In this document: positions 1 through 12,212 of the stretch, piece after piece
How positions within the stretch are numbered: position 1 is the stretch's first letter
Layout: each line of letters begins with the position of its first letter
Assembly: GCA_013265495.1 (NCBI GenBank)
Contig: MU058839.1
Span: forward strand, 124,001 to 188,000
Direction: 5' to 3'
DNA from: Vicugna vicugna
Lineage: Eukaryota
Length of the DNA: 64,000 nt
Translations under genes and position numbers: made by a program
Notes under the pieces: model-generated
Seen by the model: only the letters and a program-made list of their open reading frames with translations
Told to the model about the DNA's origin: nothing
Database searches by the model: none

Positions 1-1224
1 AATTTTTACACAAAATGTATTGTAAGAAATAAGTGAAAGAGAAAGTGTCAACAATTTTTTTAAATAAAATTTAAAAGACAAATGCACAGAATTGCAGCAG
101 GTGTATTAACTCTGTGTAGAATTTAAAATGACTTTTGTGGTTTATAATCCTTTTAAGATTCAATCTGAAAAATTGCTTTGGAACAATGAAAACATGAAAT
201 CAAATCATAAAGCAGACTAACGGATAAAGACTATAACACAAATGGACATACTTTATCCTGCCTGTTCAAAACAAGAGCACATTTCTATTTCTTTTATAAG
301 CACAGAGAAGGGTCTACATTAATTTGCCTCACAATAGTCATGATTTCCTTTGCAAAATTTTAAGCTAATTTAAAGCTCTAATCTGATCATATTTTTTTAA
401 TATTCACTATTGCTTACTGGTTCAATTCTTGTGTATATATACCCCCCCAAAAAAAATCAAAATTACATAGGTATTGATGGGCATTCAGCCATGAATATCA
501 CAAAACAACTGTTGCAAGGACTGGATCATAAGTGGGGTTTTTAGGGCTTTTTCATTCCACTTTGAAATTGTCATCTTTGGGTTTGAATTCTGCTGATAAT
601 CAGTGTCTGCCAGGCACAGACTAGATAAACAAGATCAGAAACCACATCTTCTCATTGGGCTTTATTTCTTCACTATTTCTGTGCAACTTTTCATAGCACA
701 TTGACATTCTCTGCTGTAGTCGCCATGTGATTGGGTTTTAATGTATGGCTGCATGTCCCAAGGGCAGAGCAAATTATGCTACCTGAACCCTTTATCTGTA
801 AGCAGCAATACAACAGGGCGATGTAAAACAGAAGACAGATTTATTTAGACATAAACAATGTAAAAAATATTATTCGATACAAGAAACATAAAATCCAATA
901 TCCCAATAAATCTAGCTGACAAGCCTTACCTTATTGCTAAATGATTGCACAAAAGAACAAACTTTCTTTAATGTTTCCAGGTTGACAAATGCAATATGTT
1001 CTGTCTACAGCCTCCTAACTTTGTCAGGAGCTATAAAGTCCTTTCCTCTTGGGTGCCAATATTTCTGAGGAGGTTTACAGGATTTCAGAGTCTATCCTAT
1101 TGCAGCTTACCAAGGCCCTGGCCTTGTATTTGTCCCCTGATATTTATGAAAATAGTGAGTACTACCAAGTGTGATGTTGCTTATATTTTGTCTTAAAATT
1201 ATAATCAATTATAAAAATGATCTG

Positions 1225-1390
1225 GGCTGGGACATCTGAGACATGAATGTTCATGTACATCACCTGAGGGCCTCATTAAAATGCAGACTCAGAGTCAGTT
1301 ATTTTGAGTGAGGCCTGGGATTCTTCATTTTGAACAAGGTGTAGCCAGTGCTGCATGCCTGTGGATCACATTTTGTGTTGCCACAGTCAG
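1225..1390. mobile_element. MER5-like hAT-Charlie MITE fragment
   Basis: 'catcacctgagggcctcattaaaatgcagactc...gaggcctgggattcttcattttgaacaag' resembles the MER5 core. Confidence 0.65.
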
Positions 1391-1799
1391 TATGACCTCA
1401 TTTAAAGGAGAGAAAAATCTGACCCAAACTGGACTTAGAAACAGATTTCCACAGCTACTAGGACCATTGTGTTGGAACATTTATTAGACTTCTACTTTGT
1501 GCAATAGGGGTGCAAGAGGAGGTGCCCCAGTTCTGTCCATCCTCGTGGAGCTTGCAGGGACGCAGGGAGCCAGGGCAGAGAAGGGGAGAACTTATGCAGA
1601 GCTCACAGCTGGAGCTGGAATTCACACTTCCTCAGGTCCAGTCCACCATCCTGCCTAGCCTTACAGACTCCTGCCTTCTGACTGTTTTTTAGTCCACTAC
1701 TCCTTCAAAAGCATGTTACATATACGATGCTTCTCACAGTGTTGTGCAAAACAAGTGCATGTTGGATGCAAATATAAAATGGTAGCAGAAAATGCAGGA

Positions 1800-2270
1800 A
1801 GATGGTTAAGCACTCAGTAGGCTTAGGAGTTAAACAGATCTAGTTTCAAATCTGCTTGCGTCACTTACTAGTGAACCTGGGCAGGTTAATTACCCTCTCT
1901 AAATCAGATTCCTCTTCTGAAAATGTCAGTAATAACACCTACTGCTTTCAAAATTGTAGAATAGATAAAAAAGATTAGACTGTATAGCACAGGGAAATAT
2001 ACACAAAATCTTATGGTAGCTCACAGAGAAAAAAATGTGACTATGAATATATATATGTTCATGTATGACTGAAAAATTGTGCTGAACACTGGAATTTGAC
2101 ACAACATTGTAAAATGATTATAAATCAACAAAAAATGTTTAAAAAGAATAATAACACCTACTTGACAGAACTGTGTGAGAGAAAGTAATCTAATGCAGGA
2201 AAAGAGTTTAGCAGAGTACTTGGTGCATACACAGTGCTCAGTACCTGGAAATCCTAATATTTATTATTAT
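1800..2270 (+). mobile_element. MIR SINE interrupted by a young L1 3' end
   Basis: MIR core 'tcacttactagtgaacctgggcagg...cctcttctgaaaatg...aataacacctac' resumes after the insert as 'ttgacagaactgtgtgag...agtgctcagt'. Confidence 0.75.
1944..2148 (+). mobile_element. Young camelid-type L1 3' end, 5'-truncated
   Basis: 'ctgtatagcacagggaaatatacacaaaatcttatggtagctcacagag...' with A-rich tail; 14-bp TSD taataacacctact at 1930-1943 and 2149-2162. Confidence 0.9.
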
Positions 2271-2729
2271 TGTTGTTAATAAATGTGCTTAAATTTTACT
2301 TGGAAAGATATAGACTGAATAATTAGGAAAAATTCTTTTCAATTAGGATATTGTGAATAAACTAGAGATTTCTTAGAATAGAACGCAGGATGGTTTATTC
2401 CTGATGACTTAATTATAGTCTTGCCTAAGGACCATGCCCTGAAAAGGCTTTCTACCACACAATTCTATATTTTCTCAGCTAAATAAAAACAATGATTATA
2501 ATACTGACCTACTTAAAAAATTTTGTAAAGAATGCCAAAATCGAGTGTCTTAAATAGTTTGAAAAATGCAAAGCAACATATACATTCTAACTAATAATTA
2601 TCTTTTCCTCTGAGGTCTAATCCAAAACTACTTTGGTAAGTCAGTGACTGAACAGTCTTTATCAGGCATTTGTCAATCGATTGGTACAGTGGAAATGCCC
2701 CCAAATAGTGTAGGAATACATTTTGGGGA

Positions 2730-2743
2730 GTTTCCATGGCAAC
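2730..2743. promoter_or_regulatory. RFX X-box motif
   Basis: GTTTCCATGGCAAC matches the palindromic X-box GTTNCCATGGNAAC in non-repeat sequence; motif only. Confidence 0.4.
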
Positions 2744-5700
2744 CTACAGACTGCTTTAGAATACTTAAGTCTGCAAGACTCAGTTCTGTTACAGTCAAAA
2801 TAATCAATCATAATATTAGACCAACTTGAAGTATATAATTCAAGCCAACTTCCATTTTTATTGAGTACATCATACTTAAACAATAATTTTTTCTTCATAG
2901 TATGCCTTTCACTTTATGTGAAAACACAAATAACTTGCTCCATTTGGTAATGTCCCACCATTTATACCTAACCACATCTTGTAGATAAATATTTCTCTCT
3001 TAAAAGTCTCTTTTCCTTGAAAATATTTCCTAGATGATACTTGCCAGACCAAAATTTTAGAATACTTCTTTTAAATTTCTCTGTGTATTTTTTATGCAAG
3101 ACCAAATGAAAACCTGGCTTTAGTGTTATAACTTGTTGCAAGAAACGGTGGATGATCATTTGATGAAAGTTGCATAATGTTTTCTTTGAACACGATTTCC
3201 AGTTAACCTGATTGATAATTTCTACTCAGAAACCTAGTTATATAGAGAGAAATCCAGGACAATAAAATCATTAACATATTAACAATGCATTTTCCTAGCT
3301 GAGAGGAAGGTACAATTAAGTTGTACTGATTAATCACATGACAAAAGGAAGGTTATACAGCATAATGAGTGCTGACAGTCTGAGCCCTCAAATAAAAAGG
3401 AACAATTACATTCAAACCACTATTTAACTTCCAGGAAAATCTTTCCATCATTCAGTGAATTATGCCTTTAGAGCACATCTCAGTTGCACATCTCAGCCCA
3501 CCTTGGATAAACACTAAATCCTTTGTGGGCAGCTTTAAGTATATTTGCCTACAGTTTGTGTATCACTTCAGACTCCTTCCCCTCTCCCCATGGAAGGTCC
3601 ATAAATGATAGTTGAGAGATTTTCTTTCCTCCTTTTCTTACCCATTAGGAAAAAAAGACTTCCTAAGCTTGAGAACTGTGAGAATTTTCCTGGTATTATA
3701 TAACAAGATGAAAAAAAAATTTGTCAGAATTCCAGAAAAAAATGTTTTTCCAAGGCAGTTGAGGCAAGAAAGTAGACAGTATTTTGGTATCACTGGTCTG
3801 CTGAGTTAAGTAGAAAAGAACTAAACGGTGTAGCTAGAGAATTGAAGGAAAGGCTTCAGAAAGGAAAGGAACAAAAGCACCTAATACGCATTTTCTTGGG
3901 GGGTGCCAATATTTCGCTTCTGTTTGATTTGAGATGTATTCATCTTGGCATTTAGAAAACAAAGGTTGGATAGTTTTATTGGCTATACAAAATGAAAAAT
4001 ATTCTGGTTGGTCACTAGAACAATGACAAGATCTTTTGAAACTCTTAAGCGCTGTTTTTAGTGGCCTAGTACCCAGGTTCTCAGTCATGAAACATCCGCC
4101 AGTATTTACCAAGGCAGAGGTTTTTCCAGAGCTAAGACCCATTAAGTCATGCCTGATTATAACAAATTGTTCTCTTTGTTTAAAAAAAATTCTTTTTAAA
4201 GCATGTTAACCATATCTTCATATGAAATGTGCAGTTGTATGTAAAAGTTATTTCATATTTTCAAAAACACTGAAATTTTTTGGACACTGTCGTCATAAAA
4301 CATATACTATCTCTGTATTGGAGCTGTGACCTACCAAGGAAGACAGTACTATCTGATGAGTTTTTGCAAGCCCAAGTGAATTGTTCATAGAGGCAGCAAG
4401 ATTTGGAAAAGGAAATGCTCTACCTCTTCTTATTCTAAATCTATTCCACGTAGTTGCCTCCAACTAGATTCATGGTCTAGCAGGGAAGAAAAATCTTTGT
4501 CCAGAGTTGGACCAATTTATGAGCTGCAGCTAACAGCCTAATAATTTGGCGCTCCTTCAAATCTATATTTCTTAAGTATTATCTTAATATTTATTTGAAG
4601 GTGATTGGGGGGAAGGTGGAAAAGGAGGGGCTGGGAGCAGCCTCAGTCCTTCCTCAGTTTTTCAGTTGGCAATTCAGTCCCAGCCCAAACTTGCATATCT
4701 CACTCAGCAAAAGGACACCCACCTTGCCTTAAAGTCAGTTGCTCACCATCTACTGTTATTCGAGTATACCCTTGGATACAGCCTCCATTAAAAAAGTAGA
4801 ATAAGATGCAAAGAGAAAACAATGGTATTCTTTTCCTCAAGTTTTCTTAAACCTTTCTGTGGGCCAGTTCTTTCCCTGTCAGTGGATGAAATCTTGGCTT
4901 TTATGTCCACTTGTAGATAATACTTTAAAAGTCCTCCAGGAACTTCTAGTCAAAGCACAATATCAGTAATTAAAATGTTCATTCCAACATAGCAGTAAAA
5001 ATTGCAAACTTCAATCAAATAGAAAGCTTCTCTCATCCTCTGTATTGGGCCACTTCCAGCTGAAAGCCTGTAGTGGTGAAATGGATGCATGATCAGCCTC
5101 TTTATTCTCTGACTTGCACTTGTTTTAAAGCACTCCACTTCCATTAGCCTGACTCTGATTTCTGCTCGGGGGTGGGGTTAGACAGGGATGTTACGCAGTA
5201 GGAGAGGTCTGTCTCAGTGGTGCTGTTGTGATAAGGTATTGGGTCCCGTCTGGGCTTGGTGCACACTCAAGGCTAACTTTTCTGTATTAGAGTCTCCTGA
5301 ATGTTTTTCTGATATTTACTAACTAGAAATATCCAAATATAATTTGGAGATGAACGTCTTTTCACTGGCATCCATGATTCCTGCCCCAGCCTCTGGTCAT
5401 TTGTAAGTGGGTGATCCCCACTGTTGGAGATCCCATCCATCCTCCAGGTTATCTTTTCAGAAAAAATCCAAAGCACTTCACAAAGCAGCCTTAGTTTATC
5501 TGTTGTACCAAGGCAGACTTGAGAGACAGCTTTACCTCAGCACCCTAAGAGTCTTGTTCTCCACATAGGCCACAGAGTCTTAGCCAAGTCTTGGCTGAAC
5601 ACCCTGTGACTCCCAGAACAAGGGGAGATAAGCAGCCTTGTGAAGAGCTGCCCATCACAGTTTCTTATCTGCCTTACTATCTTGTGAGAAACTTCCATGA

Positions 5701-5848
5701 GACCATTTCTCATCCATCTCCCTGATTTCAGCTAAGCACAGGGCTTTCCACCCACTTCTCCCTCCCTCCTTAGGATACAGATGAGGGTTTCTGTGTAAGT
5801 CTATAAAACTGCTTGGCTATAGTTCAGAGTTGACTCCTCAAGTGCCTC

Positions 5849-6002
5849 TTTTTTTTTAATGATTTTTTCTCTCTTTTTTCTTTATGGGGGGTAGGTAATT
5901 GGGTTTATTTATTTATATTTGGAGGAGGTGCTGGGGATTGAACCCAGGACCTCGTACATGCTAAGCATGCACTCTACTACTGAGCTATACACTTCCCCCC
6001 CT
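5849..6002 (-). mobile_element. tRNA-Ala-derived camelid SINE (Vic-1-like)
   Basis: Minus strand reads gggggaagtgtatagctcagtagtagagtgcatgcttagcatgtacgaggtcctgggttcaatccccagcacctcc (A and B boxes, tRNA-Ala-like) plus A-rich tail; flanking repeat agag(t/c)tgactcctcaa at 5826-5841 and 6003-6018. Confidence 0.9.
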
Positions 6003-7261
6003 AGAGCTGACTCCTCAACATCAGATTGGCCACTGCCCACACCATGCTTTGTATTTGGTATCACTTCTGCCCCAGTCCTGTGGGAGAGACATGGAGAACT
6101 GACACTATGGTGACTTTGAGTCTGCTGTGTAATATGAATCTATCTGAATCCACTGTCACTTTACCAGCCAAATCTCTGGAAGTGTGGCAAGCCAACCCAG
6201 TGGTTTCGGCAGTGACCCTTACGACTCTTCCCTTCCTGCTACTGCTCGGAGATGTAACCACTTGACAGCAGCAAACCAGATAGTCTCTTATCTTTATACT
6301 TTTCCAGTCTCTTTTTCCCTACGAACTTTAGGGACATAACAAACTTTTTACATTGTTTCCCTAAAGTAGAGAAGTGGCACACCCTACCACTCCAACATTA
6401 CTGAAGATGGGATACCATTGTTACTCCAACAACTTTCTCCCCAAAGCACTCCTTTCCCTAGCCTCTTCAACCCAGACCTGTTTATATCCTTCAATGCTTG
6501 CCTAAGTCTGCAAAATGTGTCTACTTTCTTTGCATGCTGCTTTAGCACTTTATTTTGGAATGTGTGCACAACTTGACACCTATAACCTATTGTTTTATTC
6601 TCAGCTTTTGAAATCTCAGTTTAAATGAAGACAGAAAGAATTCTAAGCAAATTTTCTTTGGCATTAACATCAACCCTACGTAAGATATTCAAATTATTCT
6701 TTTTAGTACCAGAATAATCTTCCTGAAAGAAATTCCACTTAAAAATGAAATCATGTTTACCCCTTTTATTACATTATTTCTGATGCTTTACCACCCTTTC
6801 CAGATGGCAACTCTTAGTAATGTCCTAACTGACCATTTAATTTGGCTCTGATGCCAACCATTGAAAAGGTTAAATTCCAGGAGCCATGTTTGTTCTAGGC
6901 CATCAAGCAGGCAGATTTAATTTAGAGAATGTTTAATGCCAAATGTTTACTTTTCAGTTACCTGTGAAGGCAAGAGTTAACTTCTGGGCACATTAATTTC
7001 AATCACAAAGTTGTTGAATTTATAACCCTCTTGCTTGCCTTAATTAAATAACAGCAAACCCCAGAAATTGCACAAGCTTTTTAAAAGCTTGAAGCCCTGG
7101 GAGCTTTCATATACCTTATTTGTCTCCAGCTAAATGCGGCTGCACCAAAGCCTCTGAAGTATGACTGTCCCTGGGAAAACACTGTGAAATAGCTCGTTTG
7201 ATATCAGCACTTCTAGTCCCCCACTTTGTTGCCTTCTCTCCCCTCTGGAACACCTAATACC

Positions 7262-7816
7262 TTTTTTTAAATTGATGTACAGTTGACATACAACATTATA
7301 TTAGTTTCAAGTGTACAATATAATGATTACATATATGCATATATATATATATATAGCTGAATGATCACCACAATAAGTTTAGTTACCATCCATCACCATA
7401 TAAAATTACAAAAAAATGTTTTTCTTGAGATGAGAACTTTTATGATTTACTCTCTTAGCAACTTACAAATATGCAATGCAGTATTATTGACTATAGTCAG
7501 CAGGCTGTACCTTACATCCTCGTGATTTATTTATTTTATAACTGGAAGTTTGTACCTCTTAACCCCCTTGACCTATTTTGCCTACTCTCCAGCCACCACA
7601 ACCCCAGCCCCCTGACAACCACCATCCTGTTTTCTCTGAGTTTTGTTTTGTTTGTTCATTTGTTTTGTTTTTTACATCTCACGTGTAAGTGAGATCATGT
7701 GATGTTTGTCTTTGTCTGACTTGTTTCACTTAGCATAATACCCTCGAGGTGCATTCATGTTGTTGTAAATGACAAGATTTCATTCTCTTTTGCAGCTGAG
7801 TAATATTCCATTATAC

Positions 7817-7850
<34 letters not shown>

Positions 7851-8317
7851 CTGTGCATGTGTGTGTGTGTGTTTATCTGTGTGTGTGTGTGTATATATAT
7901 ATCATATCTTATTTACCCATTCATCCACTTACTGATATTTAGGTTGTTTTCATATCTTGACTTTTATAAATAATGCTTCATTGAACATAGGGTTGCATAT
8001 ATCTTTTTAAATTAGTGTTTTCATTTTCTTTGGATAAATACCCAGAAGTGGGAAATGCTGAATTATATGGTAGTTCACTTTTTAATCTTTTGAGGAAACT
8101 TCATATTGTTTTCCATAGTAGCTGCAGCAATTTGCATTCCCACTAATAGTATACAAGGGTTCCCTTTTCTCCACATCCTTGACAACACTTGCCTGTTGTC
8201 TTTTTTGATAATAGCCATTCTGACAGACGTGAGGTGATATCTCATGTGATTTTGATTTAACATTTTCCTTATTATAGTGATGTTGACCAACTTTTCATGA
8301 GCCAATTGGCTATTTAT
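7262..8317 (-). mobile_element. L1 3' fragment (ORF2 C-terminus and 3'UTR)
   Basis: Poly-T at the left end, L1 3'UTR, and minus ORF 8075-8305 with ORF2p C-terminal 'MRYHLTSVRMAIIKK'; weak TSD acctaat at 7252 and 8318. Confidence 0.92.
7820..7902. repeat. Compound (TG)n/(TA)n microsatellite inside the L1
   Basis: Directly visible. Confidence 0.95.
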
Positions 8318-8974
8318 ACCTAATGCTCTTATAGTTTCACTAAGACTTACACTCTCAAGGCTGAGCTCTGGCTCAGAACCACATACTCTCCCTCTTTGCT
8401 ACTAAAACTCACCTATTTTGTTCCTCATTTGTTCTGACAAGTACTTGTCTTGAGCTTATAAAGAGGGCTCTGGCCTTCCTTGCTTAGTTTTTTCTCTTCT
8501 CCTACCCAACTGGGAAATTCTTGCTTCATCATATAGATTCTTTTGAATTTTTACAAGAATATAGGGAAAGAGGAGGAGGAGTGAGACAGGAGATAGTGAA
8601 TTAATGAATTTATCCTAAGATGGTATATAGCCCCTAATAACAATGTGTTATTCAGTCCCAGTGTATTAAAAGAAATTAGACCCTAATGGTAAAATTTTCA
8701 AACATTGCAGGAAAGTAGAAGTGCAACCTGAGGCCATGAACCTTGATATTAAACCAAGAAAAGTGTATTTGTATCAAACTTTTGCCTCCATTTAAAAATC
8801 TGACTTTGCTGAAAAGTTTTCTCAAAAACTTTTCTGTAAACCTTTCAACTTATTGGACAAAATGTACACTTGGTTATAGTATTACTCTTATAATAAAAAT
8901 AGACACTGATTGCTGAGCACTTCTGAATTAGCAGTTAGTACACCAGGTATTTAACACACATTAGCTTTAGCAAA

Positions 8975-9443
8975 CTGGTAGTCGGCTTCTCGTGTATTCT
9001 CTCCTTCTTCAATAGTAATGAATTTTCAAAGAAGCGTATGGTCCACCTTGAGACTATTTTTCAGCCTACTTTAGAGGTAGGAGGCCATATGACTAAGTTC
9101 TTTTCATAAGAATGTGGGCAGTGACATGTGCAGTTTCTGTATCACTTAAATAAATACAACATCTCGTCCTGGATGACAGTCTCTCTTGCCCCTTTTCTAC
9201 CGGATGGCATACAGATGTGTTCATAAACTAGCTTGGCCACTCATATAGAACAAGAATGAAGGGAATGCAGAAATAACACAATGAAAAGTACTTGAGCTCC
9301 TGACTCTCTGTGTAGAACAGAAATATCTAGTTACTCTGGACCAACTCAACTTTTAACAGAGACAGAAATAAACTATCTTGTTTCAACTGCTGTAAGTTTT
9401 TATCTCACTCTAATAGCACTTTAGCCTATGTTCTAAGTAATAT
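8975..9443 (+). mobile_element. Old MaLR (MLT1-type) solo LTR, inserted in a MIR
   Basis: 'ggccatatgactaagttc', 'gacagaaataaactatcttgttt', terminus 'ctaagtaata'; MIR-like flanks on both sides. Confidence 0.6.
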
Positions 9444-9842
9444 CTAAACATTATTCTGCTTAAACATAATAAATCCCATGAAGTCTGAATTATTATCTCT
9501 ATTTTATAATGAAGAAATTAAAACGAAAAGGTTAAGTGAAAAGTATAAAGTATAAGATAATACAGTAAAGCAGTGGCTATACTGGCATTTAAGTTTATAT
9601 TTGGCTCCAAATTCAGGTGCTTTCCCACTCTGCTATATTGTTTCTATATTTCTAAATTAATTTATATATATAACATGACCCAATGTGTTTTTCTTAAAAG
9701 AAGTCATGATTATTTTTAAGGTATTCTAGATTTTTATGCCAGTAGATGTGTACAACACACATTAATATGAGAAAAGAACTTATACACAAATACATCTCCA
9801 CATTTTATGTAACAAATTTAATGCCATTATCCATTTGTGTGG

Positions 9843-11298
9843 TAGTGCTGTGAACCAATAATTACCATTTTTTTTTTTAGTCTCAGAACTCCTTTATACT
9901 ATAAACATCTCAAGGACCCCAGGAATCTTTTATTAGATGAATTATATCTTCTATTATTTATCGTATTTGAAAATAAAATTGAGACATTTTGAGAATGATT
10001 ATTGATTAATTTGTTTTAAAAAATGATTAAACCCATTGCATGTTACCATAAATAACATTTTAATAAAAATCAAAGTAAAATTAAAATGAGTGAGAGTAAG
10101 GACATTGTTTTACATTTTGTAAGTCTTTTTTAACGTGCAGTTTAATAGAAGACGTTGGATTCTCACATCTACTTCTGCATACACTGTTGCAATATGTTGC
10201 TTTAGTTAAAATATACAAGGAGAATCCAGCCTCACATAAATATACTATTGAAAAAGAAAGAAATATTTTAATAGCCTTTACACATGGCAGTGGATATTCT
10301 TCTTTGATAATACACCAAAACTCAACAATTAGTAGCTACTTAAAAGTGAGCTGCAAAGTGGCAACTGAAACTGTATCAGTGAATCCTTGGTGGTCTGTAA
10401 CATTAAAATCTACTGATCTGTCTTGTACTTTGATGGGATCTTTAACCCTTGTATGATTTTATAACAGTATGCATCAATCATTTGGAAAATATTGGTTCAC
10501 TGAGTTATGTAGATCTTCTGAATGTTGACACATTTCATTATCCAATACAAAAAGTCACATTACTTAATATCATTACCAATCTCATTATGAAAGTCTTTAA
10601 ATACGTATTGGGAAGCTGTCAGACTTGTGGTTTAGGTAAAAGTTTTCCAAAACGTTAATTTTTATTTAGAAGCTTGGATTTTATCATTGACAACATATAG
10701 TATAAATTATTTTTCTTGAAGTGACAGATTCATTTTGTTCATTTTGAAGATCATGTCTGCCAAATACCCAAGTCTGAATAATGATGGTTTGTCAGTCATT
10801 CTCTCAAGTAAAAATGGAGCTCTGTGTAAAACATTGGCTGGTTCAGCTCACCACTCAATGACAGAAGTGCTTTTCCCTGAGACAGCATCACACTTCTGTA
10901 TGCAGCATAAGCACTTTACAGATATACTTGCCATTTGTCACACAGAATATTAAAATGATGTATATGGAAGAATTAATATCTAATAAAATGATAGTTTTTA
11001 CTACTTCATCAAGGACATTATTAAGTGAAAGTGGCATTTAAATTTTATTTTTATAATGTGGGTCCATGATGGTGAGGAATGTACTGCCTCAGACAGCATG
11101 GTGCCCTGCTCTGATTCTCGCTAAACTGCCAGCAGTTTTACCCACCGTTGCTTTTGCACATCAGGAGAAATTTCATCATGGTGAGAAAGTCAAACAGTGT
11201 CTTTGTGTTATTACAAAAAATACTGACTTCACAGAACCCATGAAAGGTTCTTGAGGACCCTTGGGGATCTGTGGACAGCCCTTGGAGAATCTCTGCTA
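9843..11298 (-). mobile_element. Charlie1a-like hAT DNA transposon (~1.45 kb, non-autonomous)
   Basis: Minus-strand start 'tagcagagattctccaagggctgtccacagatccccaagggtcctcaagaacctttc', internal 'gcagaagtagatgtgagaatccaac' and far end 'ggggtccttgag...ttctgagact' resemble the Charlie1 family. Confidence 0.85.
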
Positions 11299-11739
11299 TA
11301 AACAAACACACGAACAACATTCAGCAGCCCAAGGAATCTCCAAATGACTAAACTCCTTTGTGTTTGTCAAGCACTGTGAAATAAACATATAATTCACTAA
11401 GTGCTTCTAAAAGTCATTTTCCCCTTCTGTCCAAAGCTCTCATATTGCAGCTACTTTTTGAGCCTTTCTCTCCAACCCCTCTAAAAAGCTCCCTCCCTAG
11501 TTACTGCCCGTGATCCTTTAATCCTTCTCTATCTACCTCTTACCTACTTAGTCTCATCTTAAAGACTCAAAATAACTGGTTCAGAAACGTGAGGAAAAAG
11601 AAGAAACATCATGGGAAAACTATAATGCTCTACTTATTGGAAAGGCAATTGGAAAAAGTTGAATGTTCATATATTAATTTTTGTTGCTATAGATTAAATA
11701 TTTTTGAGAAGCTGATGGTTATATACTGTGTAAAATATT

Positions 11740-12210
11740 GACTGTTTATACTCAGTATGATCTCGACGCATTCAAACTCTTCCCTATCTTATAGTATCTG
11801 GAAGCCTAGAAATTACAATGCTTAAACTCCCTCACTGCCTCCTTTAGATTCTGCCAATAAAAGGTATCTTGCACAAAATTTGGAAGGCAGAAGAGAGAAC
11901 AGCCAGTATTCTTCCACAGCAGTGGCTGGTAGATTTCTGGGTAGCTCATAGATGTGAAATTCCCTGACGCTTCTGGATAAGCTCTTGTGAATTACCTACG
12001 TTAGTACTGTAAGCAGCTGTAATCACCAGTCACTTCCTATCACTCCTGGATTTCCAGATTTCTTCAAAGCCAGCAGTATGTTTCCATGAACTTTAATTGC
12101 CTGGTCCTCCCAATAATTTTATAAGGTTGTAATTCCCTTTGTATTTAATCATCCCTTCCTGCTGTAAACTAAAGAGGTAAGTGCTTTCCTGGCAAAACCT
12201 TGACTGATAA
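11740..12210 (+). mobile_element. ERVL-class 5' LTR (LTR16/LTR33-like)
   Basis: Ends in 'aaaccttgactgata', directly followed by ERVL internal sequence. Confidence 0.7.
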
Positions 12211-12212
12211 AA

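Noticed and set aside
3834..4142. 102-aa ATG-started ORF on the minus strand
   Set aside because: No recognisable homology and no supporting splice or promoter context
5920..6000. Functional tRNA-Ala gene
   Set aside because: It is the head of a SINE with an A-rich tail and flanking repeat, and the acceptor stem is disrupted
4600..6560. Possible ancient retroelement internal region or pseudogene
   Set aside because: Composition differs from the flanks, but I could not recover any diagnostic protein motif or consensus match
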